Assembly (NCBI GenBank): GCA_963712425.1
Contig: CAVQHW010000005.1
Coordinates: 968 to 64,967, forward strand
Reading direction: 5' to 3'
DNA from: an uncultured Actinomycetota bacterium
GTDB taxonomy: Bacteria > Actinomycetota > Actinomycetes > JAHEKZ01
DNA: 64,000 nucleotides
The position numbers and the translations under genes are program-made. Below, one piece after another: positions 49,481 through 59,483 of the stretch (within the stretch, counting starts at the first letter, position 1; the number at the start of each line of letters is the position of its first letter). The notes beneath the pieces were generated by a model. It had not been told where the DNA came from and made no database searches. It saw only the letters and a program-made list of their open reading frames with translations.

Positions 49481-50377
49481 GGACTTGGTTGCGCTTTGCA
49501 CGAGTGAGGTGACCGCGTCCTCAAAGTGACCGGAGCTCGTGAAGACGTCGCCACGCCGAAACGCCTCCACGGTCCAACCCCTGTCTCTGATCCACTTTCG
49601 CCTGGCTCTGTCGCGTACCAGTTGCTCCTCGGGGTGGAACTCCTCGCCGTCGTACTCCAGCGCCAACCTCCACTGTGGCCAGCCAAGATCGAGCCAGAAT
49701 CGCACTCTCCCGTGCAAGTCGTAGACAGGAATCTGCAGTTCAGGTCTGGGTAAACCCATGTCAAGCAGTCGCAGTCGCATCCGCGACTCACCCCCTGATT
49801 CGGAGCGCGCGTCGGCCATTTCCAGCGTTGCGTATGCCTGACGAATTCCGCGGCGACCTTTCCATCTCACGAAGTGTTTCCGGAGTTGTTCGGCTTCGAC
49901 CATCCCCTTGTGCAGGTATGCGTCCACGGCGACAAGGGCATCCCCGCGTGGCGTGAACCGGGCGAGGTCGCAGACGGTACGAAGTGGCGTCGTCACTCGA
50001 AGCCCCCCGATCTCAGTGACGTCACCTGGGAGCAGATCGTCTGCGAAGTGAGCGGCCATGAGGGCGTTCTTTGGTCGCTTAGCACGTTCGTTGGTGACCG
50101 TCTCCACCTTCGGGGTTGCCGGGAAACCCCGGTAGTCCAGCAGGTCATAACCCTGGAGCCATGCCGCAGTTCGCCGAGCGACAACTACATCGGGTGCGAC
50201 TGCCCGACGAGCGATCGCCAACCGATGCTCGAGCGTGTCAGGCAATGAGGCGTCGACGAAGAGGCCGGGAACTACCTCGCGCACTAGGCCCTGGGCGCTG
50301 AGAGCTCGCCATTCTCGCTCTCTTATAACGTCGAGCGCTTCGGCGCGGGTGAAGGGTGACTGAGGCAGCATCCACAC
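49457..50377 (-). CDS. DUF559 (Vsr-like endonuclease fold) / AbiEi-like domain protein
   Basis: C-terminal LALEYDGEEFH motif of DUF559. The N-terminal region resembles AbiEi_4-type antitoxin-like domains. Confidence 0.7.
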   Translation of the reverse strand: MWMLPQSPFTRAEALDVIREREWRALSAQGLVREVVPGLFVDASLPDTLEHRLAIARRAVAPDVVVARRTAAWLQGYDLLDYRGFPATPKVETVTNERAKRPKNALMAAHFADDLLPGDVTEIGGLRVTTPLRTVCDLARFTPRGDALVAVDAYLHKGMVEAEQLRKHFVRWKGRRGIRQAYATLEMADARSESGGESRMRLRLLDMGLPRPELQIPVYDLHGRVRFWLDLGWPQWRLALEYDGEEFHPEEQLVRDRARRKWIRDRGWTVEAFRRGDVFTSSGHFEDAVTSLVQSATKSAGRALGA

Positions 50378-50472
50378 AACCTGACCGCTCCGAAGGCCGA
50401 GCGCAGAGTTCGCTGGGTCAGTGTGGACAACTCGAGAGACTCAGCACCCTGTGCCGACGAAGCGCCCGGAGC

Positions 50473-50556
50473 GCACTCGATGAGTCTGGGCGTCAACCTG
50501 GAGGGCACTCGATGAGCCTGGGCGTCAACCTGGAGGGCACTCGGCGGGCTTGGGTG
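50473..50556. repeat. ~2.5 tandem copies of the same 32-bp repeat (gcactcgatgagYctgggcgtcaacctggagg), opposite orientation to 49394..49480
   Basis: Units at 50473-50504, 50505-50536 and a partial unit to ~50556. They lie ~100 bp upstream of the DUF559 start. Confidence 0.8.
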
Positions 50557-51948
50557 TTAGTGGCCGCTGAGGAGTGTGAGAGCTTTGTCGAGGATCGCCG
50601 CTGGCTTTCCGGTGTGCGCCTCGCGGCGGTCGACCCAGTCGGCCAGGCGGAATCCGGTGTTGATGCCCACGAATCGAAGGGGCTCTGGTTCGAAGTCGCG
50701 CGACTTGCGGCCCACCCAGGGGAGTGACGTCAGGTCACTATCGGCCCCGGTGATGAGGTCGGCCAGCGTGCGACCGGCCAGGTTCGTCAGCGTGACTCCG
50801 TCGCCGGCATAGCCACCGGCGGTCGCGAAACCGCTTGCACGGTCGAAGCGAACGGACGGGAACCAGTCGCGAGGGACGCCGAGGACGCCACCCCATCGGT
50901 GCGTCACCGCGACGTCCTGAAGGCTCGGGAAAAGCTGGACGAGGCTTCGGTGCAGCGAGTCGTGGACGCCTCGGGGGTGTTCGAACGAAGGGTCGATCCG
51001 CGAGCCCCAGTGATAGGGCGCCCCACGTCCGCCGACGGCGATCCGTCCATCAGCCGTCCGCTGGGCGTAGATCAGGAAGCGACGATCGTCGTTGAGCGTT
51101 TCTCGGTCGCGCCACCCGATCTCTTTCCACAGGTCATCGGAGATCGGCTCGGTGGCGATCATCAGGGAGTAGATGGGCACCAGCGCACGGCGGTACTGGG
51201 GGAGTGCGGAGGTGTAGCCCTCAAGGGCTCGGACAACCACTTCGGCCTTGACGGTTCCTCGCGTCGTCGATACGACGGCAGGAGACCCCGGCTCGATCGC
51301 GGTGACCTCGGTGTCTTCGTGAATGGCGACGCCCATTCGCTCGACGACGTCGGCGAGACCGCGGACCATTCGGGCGGGGTGGATTGCCGCGCAGTGGGGG
51401 TTGAAGAGCCCGGCGAACACGCCGTCGGCGTTGACTCTCGCCGATGCCGCTCGTCGGTCGAGCCACATCAGATCCTCGTCGTCCACCTCCCATTCACGCG
51501 CGTGGGTCAGCTCTTGCTCTAGTCGCTGGCGTTGTAGGGGCGACGTCGCGAGTTTCAGGTAACCCCCCTTGGCGAAGTGACCATCGATCCCTTCCTGCGC
51601 GGCCACTGCGCCAATCTCGTCGACTGCCGCGTTCGCTACCTGCTGGAAGCGCAACGCCTCAGAGCGCGATGACGCCGCAGCCACCTGCTCCCAGCTCGCG
51701 GGCAGTAAGCCGGACGCCCATCCGCCGTTGCGCCCGGACGCCCCGAACCCCGCGAAGTCCTTCTCGAGCACGACGATGCGGAGACTCGGGTCACGCTTGG
51801 CGAGGTAGTAGGCCGTCCAGAGCCCGGTGAAACCACCACCCACGATGGCGACGTCGGCGTCCCTGTCGCCGGGCAGTGCCGGCCGCAAGGTGTCGAGGTC
51901 ACCGTCGGGCAACGTGTCGTGCCACAACGAGAGTGAGCGGCGGTTCAT
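50557..51948 (-). CDS. FAD-dependent oxidoreductase (DAO family, gamma-glutamylputrescine oxidase-like)
   Basis: GXGXXG VAIVGGGFTGLWTAYYLA near the N-terminus. 463 aa. Confidence 0.85.
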   Translation of the reverse strand: MNRRSLSLWHDTLPDGDLDTLRPALPGDRDADVAIVGGGFTGLWTAYYLAKRDPSLRIVVLEKDFAGFGASGRNGGWASGLLPASWEQVAAASSRSEALRFQQVANAAVDEIGAVAAQEGIDGHFAKGGYLKLATSPLQRQRLEQELTHAREWEVDDEDLMWLDRRAASARVNADGVFAGLFNPHCAAIHPARMVRGLADVVERMGVAIHEDTEVTAIEPGSPAVVSTTRGTVKAEVVVRALEGYTSALPQYRRALVPIYSLMIATEPISDDLWKEIGWRDRETLNDDRRFLIYAQRTADGRIAVGGRGAPYHWGSRIDPSFEHPRGVHDSLHRSLVQLFPSLQDVAVTHRWGGVLGVPRDWFPSVRFDRASGFATAGGYAGDGVTLTNLAGRTLADLITGADSDLTSLPWVGRKSRDFEPEPLRFVGINTGFRLADWVDRREAHTGKPAAILDKALTLLSGH

Positions 51949-51995
51949 TGGGTCCCTTTCCGATTTCCGTATGACCGTACGGTATAACGGTCTGC

Positions 51996-52616
51996 ATGTC
52001 CGACGTCAAGCGGAAGGGTCGTCCGCCAGAGCATGACCGCGTTGAACTTTTGCGCGCCGCTCGTACGGTGGCTGCCGAACGCGGCTTCGACTCCTTGCGA
52101 TTCACCGACGTCTCTGCCGCCACCGGCGTCCCAGTGAGCTCACTGCAGTACGCCTTCGGTACCCGGGAAGCCTTGGTGCGCGAGGTGCTCCGTGCTGGTG
52201 TCGCCGACGAGCTGCGCCGACTGCGCGAGGCCGTTGACGACGAGGTTGACCCCTGGCGTCGCATCGAGACGTTCATCAGGCTCGGCATCTCGATCGACGA
52301 CGGAAACCGGCGTGAAGGGTGGCTTCTGTGGATGGAGTATTGGCGTGCTGCGTTTCGGGACCCCGAACTGCGTGAGGAGTCGGGAGCGGTCACCCGTGGC
52401 TGGCGAACGCTAGTGAGACGTGCCATCGATGATGGTGTCTCGGCGAATCAGTTCTCGATCAACGGATCATCGGACGAAACGGCCGCTTCGCTGGTGGCTC
52501 TGGTCGACGGTTTGTCACTGCAGGTGCTGGTCGGAGACAGTCGGATGCGGTCTGCCCGCGCAACTCGCGCTGCTATTCGGTCATCCAGACGCATGCTGGG
52601 TATGGATGCGGAATGA
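51996..52616 (+). CDS. TetR/AcrR family transcriptional regulator
   Basis: HTH LRFTDVSAATGVPVSSLQYAFGTREAL. Its stop overlaps the EamA gene start. Confidence 0.85.
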   Translation: MSDVKRKGRPPEHDRVELLRAARTVAAERGFDSLRFTDVSAATGVPVSSLQYAFGTREALVREVLRAGVADELRRLREAVDDEVDPWRRIETFIRLGISIDDGNRREGWLLWMEYWRAAFRDPELREESGAVTRGWRTLVRRAIDDGVSANQFSINGSSDETAASLVALVDGLSLQVLVGDSRMRSARATRAAIRSSRRMLGMDAE

Positions 52617-53452
52617 CCGCGATCCTCCTGGCGCTTGGCTCCTCGATTGCTTTCGGCCTGACTGACTTTCTCGGCGGGCTCGCTGCTCGGCGGGCACACA
52701 TCTTCATGTTGGGCTCGATCACTCAGCCGCTTGGACTGCTGCTGTTGCTTCCCGTCGCGTTCCTCGTGGGAGGCACTGTCGACGGAGAGGTGTGGTTCTG
52801 GGGCGTGGTGTCCGGGCTGAGCGGAGCCATCACGTACGTGTTGCTGTTTCGCGCGCTCGCCATCGGTCCGATGAGTGTGGCGTCGCCGATCTCTGCACTC
52901 ATCGCGGTCGTGCTGCCCGTGGTCGCCGGAGTGATGTTCGGTGAGCGGCTGCCACTGCTGGGATGGGTCGGTATCGCGGTCGGCATGGTGGCGGTGTTGA
53001 TGGTGAGTCAGGTGCACGAGGACGCCCCTCACCCGGTCTCGCTGAAGGTCATCCTCCTGTCCATTGGCGCCGGCGTCTTCATTTCTGGGTTCCTTGTGGC
53101 ACTCGAACGGGCGCCAGAAGACAGCGGGCTATGGCCGGTCGTGATCGTGAGAATCGTGACGACCACTCTGCTGCTGTTCGCTGCTGTCGCCTCGCGAGTC
53201 GTCAGCCGGCCATCTCGCGATGTGCTCACGCTCGCCGCCGCGTCCACGACCCTGGACGTCATCGCCACAGTGGCCTTCATGCTGGCGACCCGCGAGGGTC
53301 TGCTCACCGTTGTCGCGGTGATCACGGCCCTCTACCCGGCGGCAACTGTTCTGATGGCTCGGCTCGTCCTCAAGGAACACCTGCAGGTGGTGCAGCGCCT
53401 TGGGCTGCTGTTGGCGGCTGTCGCGGTGGGAGTGCTCGCGGTCGTCGCGTGA
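52613..53452 (+). CDS. EamA/DMT family transporter
   Basis: 10-TM protein with two EamA repeats. Confidence 0.8.
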   Translation: MTAILLALGSSIAFGLTDFLGGLAARRAHIFMLGSITQPLGLLLLLPVAFLVGGTVDGEVWFWGVVSGLSGAITYVLLFRALAIGPMSVASPISALIAVVLPVVAGVMFGERLPLLGWVGIAVGMVAVLMVSQVHEDAPHPVSLKVILLSIGAGVFISGFLVALERAPEDSGLWPVVIVRIVTTTLLLFAAVASRVVSRPSRDVLTLAAASTTLDVIATVAFMLATREGLLTVVAVITALYPAATVLMARLVLKEHLQVVQRLGLLLAAVAVGVLAVVA

Positions 53453-53484
53453 CCTGACGCGGGCATGCTGAAGGTGTCGGGCAT

Positions 53485-53931
53485 TTGCGCCGAAGGACTC
53501 ATGTGGTCACTGACTCGCCTCAGCCGGAGGTTCCGGACGAGCCCAAACGCGTGATGGTGGTTGACGACTCGCCGACCATCCGCGAGCTCATTGCGCTCAA
53601 TCTCGGCCTCGAGGGCTACGACGTGGTGACCGCCGAAGACGGACAGCAGTGCTTGAGGTTGCTGTCGGCGGTGATCGAAGGAACCGCCCCGGCTCCTCAC
53701 CTGCTCTGCCTCGACGTCGTCATGCCGGGGCTCGACGGAGTCGAGCTCACCGCAAAGTTGAAGGCGACGCCCGCCATGGCAGACATTCCCATCTTGATCG
53801 TGAGCGCGTCGGCGCAACGCCGCGACTTCGAACTCGCGCAGGGTGCAGGTGCCGACGGCTATCTCACCAAACCCTTCGCCCCGGACGATCTGCTCAACGA
53901 GGTCGAGCGTCTGATCGCTGGCCGCTCCTGA
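53485..53931 (+). CDS. single-domain response regulator (CheY-like receiver)
   Basis: VMVVDDSPTIRELI...LCLDVVMPGLDG (phospho-acceptor Asp)...LTKPF. Confidence 0.75.
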   Translation: MRRRTHVVTDSPQPEVPDEPKRVMVVDDSPTIRELIALNLGLEGYDVVTAEDGQQCLRLLSAVIEGTAPAPHLLCLDVVMPGLDGVELTAKLKATPAMADIPILIVSASAQRRDFELAQGAGADGYLTKPFAPDDLLNEVERLIAGRS

Positions 53932-53962
53932 GTGCTGGACGCCGTCTGCGAGGATCTCGCGC

Positions 53963-54316
53963 GTGAGACTCGTTGCTGTTGCCGGAACTCTGGTGTTGGC
54001 CCTCCTGGCGATCCTGGTGGGCATGGCCAAGGTGCAGCGATTGCCGGCTTCACTCCAGATCCGTGATCAGGCTGGCGTCTCAGCAGTGGTGTGGGCAGTG
54101 TCTGGATGGATCGAACTGATCGCCGCGGCAGGGCTCGTCGTCGGCATCTTCGTCGCGCCCGAGCTGGCGGTCGTGTGCGCCGTCGTGCTCATGCTCACCT
54201 ACGGCTGGCTCGCCGCCAAGCAGCTAGCTCAACGTCGTCCGGCATCGGCGATGCCAGCCATCGGGCTCAGCGTGTTGTCGTTGCTGACGATTGCCGCAAT
54301 CTTCGCAGCCGGGTAG
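53963..54316 (+). CDS. DoxX family membrane protein
   Basis: 117 aa, three or four TM helices of DoxX-like topology. Confidence 0.55.
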   Translation: MRLVAVAGTLVLALLAILVGMAKVQRLPASLQIRDQAGVSAVVWAVSGWIELIAAAGLVVGIFVAPELAVVCAVVLMLTYGWLAAKQLAQRRPASAMPAIGLSVLSLLTIAAIFAAG

Positions 54317-54357
54317 GCGGCAGGACGACGCGAACCTCTGCTGATTAACCTAAGCGC

Positions 54358-56025
54358 GTGACCCCCGCAGAACTGTCCGCAGCGCTCCTGTCTGTCGTTG
54401 ACGAGGCCATCGCGTCCGGCGAGTTCGAGGTTGCCCCTGAGCGGCGACCCACTGAGGTCACCATCGAGCGCCCCAGATCAGCTGAGCATGGCGACTACGC
54501 CACGAACGTCGCGATGCAACTGGCTAAGCCGGCGGGGAAGCCACCCCGCGAGGTGGCTGCCCTGCTAGCTGCCCGCATCGAGTCGCTGCCTGGCATCGCC
54601 GCCGTTGCCGTGGCAGGTCCGGGCTTTCTCAACATCACGCTGGACGCGGCCGCGCAGGGTGAGCTCGCTCGGACCGTCGTGGTGGGTGGAGAGTCGTATG
54701 GACACAACGACTCGATGGCGGGCCGGCGCATCAACCTCGAGTTCGTGTCCGCTAACCCCACAGGACCCATTCACATGGGTGGTACCCGATGGGCAGCGGT
54801 AGGGGATTCCCTCGCGAGGGTGTTGGTGGCGAATGGCGCTGACGTCGAGCGTGAGTACTACTTCAACGACCACGGTGCGCAGATTGACCGGTTTGCCCGC
54901 TCACTGCTGGCCAGGGCACGCGGACGCGATGTGCCAGACGACGGCTACGCCGGGCAATACATCGACGATATCGCCACCCGCATCATTGGCGAGGATCCCC
55001 AGATCCTCGAGCTGCCCGACCCCGAAGCGCAAGAAGAGTTTCGCAAGCGCGGGGTCGATCTCATGTTTGGCGAGATCAAAGAGAGCCTCGCAAGCTTCGG
55101 CGTCGAGTTCGACGTCTACTTTCACGAGAACGCACTGCACGAGTCGGGCGCAGTCGGGCATGCGGTTGATCGACTTCGTGAACTCGGACACATTTACGAG
55201 CAAGAAGGTGCGGTCTGGCTTCGGACCACCGACTTCGGTGACGACAAGGATCGGGTTGTCATCAAGAGCGATGGTGCGCCTGCGTACATCTCCGGTGACC
55301 TTGCCTACTACCTCGATAAGCGCGAGCGTGGCTTCGACCAGGTCATCATCATGTTGGGCGCCGATCACCACGGATATGTAGGTCGCATGATGGCCATGTG
55401 TCAGTGCTTCGGCGACACACCGCACGAGAATCTAGAGATTCTCATCGGCCAGATGGTCAATCTGATGCGCGACGGCCAGCCCCTGCGCATGAGTAAACGT
55501 GCCGGCACCGTGGTGACGATGGAGGACCTGGTGGATGCCGTTGGCGTCGACGCCGCACGCTATGCGTTGGCCCGATCCAGTGCGGATTCTTCAATGGACA
55601 TCGATCTAGATCTGCTTGCCCGCAAGACGAACGACAACCCGGTGTACTACGTCCAGTACGCCCACGCGCGCATCTCGTCACTCCTTCGCAATGCGGCTGA
55701 TCTCGGCATCGGGGTCGACCTCGAAGCCTTTGACCCGTCACTTCTCGATCACGAGAGAGAGGGTGACCTGCTCGGGGCCATTGGAGAGTTTCCTCGGGTC
55801 GTCGCGTCCGCTGGCGAGCTGCGTGAACCGCATCGAGTCGCCCGCTACCTCGAAGAGCTGGCGACTGCGTATCACAAGTTCTATGACGCCTGCCGGGTGC
55901 TTCCCCGCGGTGACGAGCAGGTCACTTCGGTGCATCGCGCGCGGCTCGTGCTGTGCTCGGCAACGCGCCAGGTGCTCGCTAATGGCCTGGGCTTACTAGG
56001 CGTCAGCGCGCCAGAACGCATGTAG
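54358..56025 (+). CDS. argS: arginine--tRNA ligase
   Basis: 555 aa. Class I aaRS HIGH-like (PTGPIHMGG) and KMSK (RMSKRAG) motifs, plus the DALR anticodon-binding domain. Confidence 0.95.
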   Translation: MTPAELSAALLSVVDEAIASGEFEVAPERRPTEVTIERPRSAEHGDYATNVAMQLAKPAGKPPREVAALLAARIESLPGIAAVAVAGPGFLNITLDAAAQGELARTVVVGGESYGHNDSMAGRRINLEFVSANPTGPIHMGGTRWAAVGDSLARVLVANGADVEREYYFNDHGAQIDRFARSLLARARGRDVPDDGYAGQYIDDIATRIIGEDPQILELPDPEAQEEFRKRGVDLMFGEIKESLASFGVEFDVYFHENALHESGAVGHAVDRLRELGHIYEQEGAVWLRTTDFGDDKDRVVIKSDGAPAYISGDLAYYLDKRERGFDQVIIMLGADHHGYVGRMMAMCQCFGDTPHENLEILIGQMVNLMRDGQPLRMSKRAGTVVTMEDLVDAVGVDAARYALARSSADSSMDIDLDLLARKTNDNPVYYVQYAHARISSLLRNAADLGIGVDLEAFDPSLLDHEREGDLLGAIGEFPRVVASAGELREPHRVARYLEELATAYHKFYDACRVLPRGDEQVTSVHRARLVLCSATRQVLANGLGLLGVSAPERM

Positions 56026-56034
56026 GTTCACGCC

Positions 56035-56325
56035 ATGGTCGACGGTGCATCGCGACGGAGTGCGCTCACGCCTGCACGAGTGCTGTGGATCGTTCTCGCG
56101 ATCGTCGCCGTCATCTTGATCGCCCAGAACTCGAACGACACTCAGATCGAAGTCTTTGGCTGGACGATTCAAGCGCCCCTCTTCCTCGTGATCTTGGCGT
56201 CCATGCTCGTCGGGTGGGCTTTGGGCACCTTGGGTGTCCAAGCCTGGTCATTGCGTCGCAAGCGCCTCGATAAGGGTGACAAGGGTGACAAGGGCGACAA
56301 GGGTGAGAAGGGCGACAAGCAGTAG
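56035..56325 (+). CDS. LapA/DUF1049-like small inner-membrane protein with C-terminal (DKG)n repeat
   Basis: Two TM helices followed by DKGDKGDKGDKGEKGDKQ. Confidence 0.6.
   Translation: MVDGASRRSALTPARVLWIVLAIVAVILIAQNSNDTQIEVFGWTIQAPLFLVILASMLVGWALGTLGVQAWSLRRKRLDKGDKGDKGDKGEKGDKQ
56269..56322 (+). repeat. 9-bp tandem repeat x6 (gayaagggy) encoding DKG repeats
   Basis: gataagggt gacaagggt gacaagggc gacaagggt gagaagggc gacaagcag. Confidence 0.85.
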
Positions 56326-56374
56326 GGCACTACGCTGCTCGGTTCGTCCCACCGTTTGAACAGGAGCAGTCGTC

Positions 56375-57775
56375 ATGCGCGCGCACCCAGCCGGCCCTCG
56401 GCATGCTGACCTCGTCAGTGATGCCATCCCGGCAGCCCCCCCAGCAGACTTGAATGCGCTAAGCGCGAATGTCTGGCCCTTGGGTGTGAAGCGCGAGGCT
56501 TCTGGTGAGCTTCGGATGCACCAGCGGTCCGTCCCGGCTCTGGTCGAGGCTCATGGCTCGCCGGTCTTCCTGTTGGACGAACACGATTTTCGCAGCCGGG
56601 CTTCCGGCTACGCCCGAGCCTTCGATGGCGCAGATGTCTACTACGCGAGCAAAGCCTTCAGCAGCGTTGCGCTGCTCGGTTGGGTAGCGGAAGAGGGGCT
56701 GGGGCTCGACGTCGCCACCGGCGGTGAGCTTTCGGTCGCCGAACGTGCGGGGTTCCCTGTCGAGCGAATCTTGTTCCACGGGAACAACAAGTCAGTGGCT
56801 GAGTTGTCACGGGCAGTGCACCTCCGGGTGGGGCGAGTAGTGATCGACTCAACCGAAGAGATCCGCCGCTTGGCACGATGTGCTGAGGACGCCGGTATTC
56901 GCCAACGAGTTCAGTTGCGCGTCACCGTGGGCGTTGAGGCTCATACCCATGAGTTCATCGCCACGGCACATGAGGACCAAAAGTTTGGTTTCTCGCTGGC
57001 ATCGGGTGCCGCAGCGCGAGCCATCGATCTGGTGCTGGGGCAGCCCTCGCTCGAGCTTGTTGGCATTCACTCGCACATCGGTTCGCAGATCTTCGACACG
57101 TCCGGATTCGAGGTAGCCGCACATCGCGCGGTGGGTTTGCTCGCGGACGTCCGCGAGCGCCACGGTCTGGAACTTCCCGAGCTGAATCTGGGCGGGGGTC
57201 TCGGCATCGCCTACGTAGCGTCGGATGACCCGGCCGACGTCTCGCTCATGGCTGAGAGTCTGCGCGCGATCGTCGAGCGCGAGTGTCGCGCCTACGAACT
57301 AGCCGTGCCGCGGCTCGCTGTCGAACCCGGACGCGCGTTGGTCGGCCCGAGCATGATGACCGTGTACCAGGTGGGCACGGTGAAGCAGGTCGCTCTTGAT
57401 GGCGGCGCAGCTCGCACGTATGTGAGTGTCGACGGAGGCATGAGCGACAACCCCCGAACCTCGCTGTATGACGCGAGTTACACAGTGGCCCTCGCCGACC
57501 GCCATTCGGACGCCGCTCCCATGCTGGCCCGAATCGTCGGCAAGCACTGCGAGAGCGGTGACATCGTGGTGCGCGATGCGTGGCTTCCCGATGACGTTCG
57601 CGCCGGTGACTTGCTCGCGGTCGCCGCTACTGGTGCGTACTGCCGCAGCATGGCGTCGAACTACAACCTGCTCGGCCGTCCGCCGGTCGTCGCTGTTTCA
57701 GTCGATGGAACAGATCGCGTCGTGATTCGGCGTGAGACCGAGGACGACTTGATGGCGCTCGATACCGGCGCCTGA
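56375..57775 (+). CDS. lysA: diaminopimelate decarboxylase
   Basis: N-terminal MRAHPAGPRHA...NVWP typical of actinobacterial LysA. PLP-binding Lys (YASKAF). Fold-III decarboxylase C-terminal EPGR...CESGD. Confidence 0.9.
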   Translation: MRAHPAGPRHADLVSDAIPAAPPADLNALSANVWPLGVKREASGELRMHQRSVPALVEAHGSPVFLLDEHDFRSRASGYARAFDGADVYYASKAFSSVALLGWVAEEGLGLDVATGGELSVAERAGFPVERILFHGNNKSVAELSRAVHLRVGRVVIDSTEEIRRLARCAEDAGIRQRVQLRVTVGVEAHTHEFIATAHEDQKFGFSLASGAAARAIDLVLGQPSLELVGIHSHIGSQIFDTSGFEVAAHRAVGLLADVRERHGLELPELNLGGGLGIAYVASDDPADVSLMAESLRAIVERECRAYELAVPRLAVEPGRALVGPSMMTVYQVGTVKQVALDGGAARTYVSVDGGMSDNPRTSLYDASYTVALADRHSDAAPMLARIVGKHCESGDIVVRDAWLPDDVRAGDLLAVAATGAYCRSMASNYNLLGRPPVVAVSVDGTDRVVIRRETEDDLMALDTGA

Positions 57776-57795
57776 CGACGCCGTAGCGTGGGGTT

Positions 57796-58170
57796 ATGCG
57801 CCTCTCAGTCGTACTCGACTGCCTCAACCCAGAGGCATTGGTTCCGTTCTGGTCAGCGGCACTGGGGTACCAGTTGGTTGACGCCGCAGATGGCTACCGA
57901 ATCCTTGCGCCGCTTGACGATGAGCCCCCCGGCCCGGTTCTGATCCTGCAGCCGGTGACCGAGCCGAAGGCCGCCAAGAACCGCATGCACCTCGACGTGC
58001 ATCCTGACGATCCGACCAACCACATCAGGTTGCTCGAGTCGATGGGCGCAAGGCGGGTGGGAGACCCAATCGCGGCGTACGGCGTGGAATGGCAGACCCT
58101 GCGAGATCCCGAGGGTCATGAGTTCTGCGTGGTTGCTCATGGGAGGCTTGTCCTCCCGTCCAATAGTTGA
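57796..58170 (+). CDS. VOC family protein (glyoxalase-like)
   Basis: 124 aa. NRMHLDV and DPEGHEFCV motifs. Same module type as 9972..11147. Confidence 0.7.
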   Translation: MRLSVVLDCLNPEALVPFWSAALGYQLVDAADGYRILAPLDDEPPGPVLILQPVTEPKAAKNRMHLDVHPDDPTNHIRLLESMGARRVGDPIAAYGVEWQTLRDPEGHEFCVVAHGRLVLPSNS

Positions 58171-58187
58171 GCGACCGGGAGGATCAA

Positions 58188-59483
58188 ATGAGCGCGGAGC
58201 CACTCAAGGTGGCGCTGCTCGGCGCTGGTGTTGTGGGGTCTGAGGTCGCCCGACTGCTCACTGAGCAGACTGACGACCTGACCGCACGGATCGGTGCGCC
58301 CTTGCAGCTCGTGGGTGTCGGAGTTCGCCGTGCCGGCGCCGATCGCGGTCGGTGGATCGATCCCGCCCTCGTGACCGACGATCTGCATGAGTTAGTCACC
58401 GGACGCGGTGCCGACATCGTCGTCGAGGTGATGGGTGGCATCGAGCCCGCCCGCGAACTCATCCTCGCCGCTTTCAAGTCAGGCGCGAGCGTGGTCACTG
58501 CCAACAAGGCGCTGCTCGCTCAGCGCGGTGCCGAGCTGCACCAGGCATGTGATGCGGCAGGTGTCGACCTCTACTTCGAGGCCAGCGTGGCTGGTGCGAT
58601 TCCACTGCTACGACCGCTGCGCGAGTCGCTGGTGGGTGACCGCGTGCAGCGCGTGCTGGGCATCGTCAACGGCACCACCAACTACATCCTCACTCGCATG
58701 GACGAGAGCGGTGCGTCGTACGACGACGCTCTGGCTGAGGCCCAAGAGCTCGGCTACGCCGAGAAGCCCGATCCTTCAGCCGACGTCGATGGGCACGACG
58801 CCGCGGCCAAGGCGGCCATCATCGCGAGTCTCGCCTTCCATTCCCGCGTCACCCTCGATGACGTCTTCTGCGAAGGCATCGCGGCGATTACCCCAGCTGA
58901 CATCAAGGCGGCGCGCGACTCCGGCCACGTCGTCAAGCTGCTCGCTGTGGCAGAGCGTTCACCCGACGGGCGTGCCATCAACGTGCGAGTGCACCCAGCG
59001 ATGGTTCCTGAGCAGCACCCCCTTGCCGCAGTGCGCGAGGCCTACAACGCAGTTTTCGTCGAGTCGGACGCCGCAGGCCAGCTGATGTTCTACGGGCCAG
59101 GCGCTGGGGGCGCGCCAACGGCGTCCGCCGTCGTCGGAGACATCGTTGCGGTGGCACGTAATCGCATCAGTGGTGGCCACGGGCCTCGAGAGTCGGCCTA
59201 CGCCGCGCTTCCTGTGCTGCCGGTCGACACCTCGATGACGCGGTACTACATCGCACTTGACCTCACGGATAAGGCTGGCGTGCTCGCGGCTGTCGCCGCC
59301 GCCTTCGCTGAGCATGACGTCAGCATCGAGACCCTGCGTCAAGACGGTCACGGTGACGACGCGACCTTGCAGATGGTGACCCACGAGGCCACCGAGCAGT
59401 CGCTGGCAGCAACGTGTTCGACCCTCCGGACGCTTGACTCGGTACGACAGATCACCTCGGTGATGCGGGTGGTGGGAGAATGA
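58188..59483 (+). CDS. hom: homoserine dehydrogenase
   Basis: NAD-binding [15 protein letters not shown], catalytic domain and C-terminal ACT domain. ATG at 58188 has a gggagg SD; the ORF opens at TTG 58167. Confidence 0.9.
   Translation: MSAEPLKVALLGAGVVGSEVARLLTEQTDDLTARIGAPLQLVGVGVRRAGADRGRWIDPALVTDDLHELVTGRGADIVVEVMGGIEPARELILAAFKSGASVVTANKALLAQRGAELHQACDAAGVDLYFEASVAGAIPLLRPLRESLVGDRVQRVLGIVNGTTNYILTRMDESGASYDDALAEAQELGYAEKPDPSADVDGHDAAAKAAIIASLAFHSRVTLDDVFCEGIAAITPADIKAARDSGHVVKLLAVAERSPDGRAINVRVHPAMVPEQHPLAAVREAYNAVFVESDAAGQLMFYGPGAGGAPTASAVVGDIVAVARNRISGGHGPRESAYAALPVLPVDTSMTRYYIALDLTDKAGVLAAVAAAFAEHDVSIETLRQDGHGDDATLQMVTHEATEQSLAATCSTLRTLDSVRQITSVMRVVGE

Noticed and set aside
49394-50556. 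Possible CRISPR array (direct repeats of ~32 bp)
   Set aside because: Only ~2.5 contiguous copies per side with no intervening spacers. The two clusters are in inverted orientation around a gene and there are no cas genes, so it is not a CRISPR.
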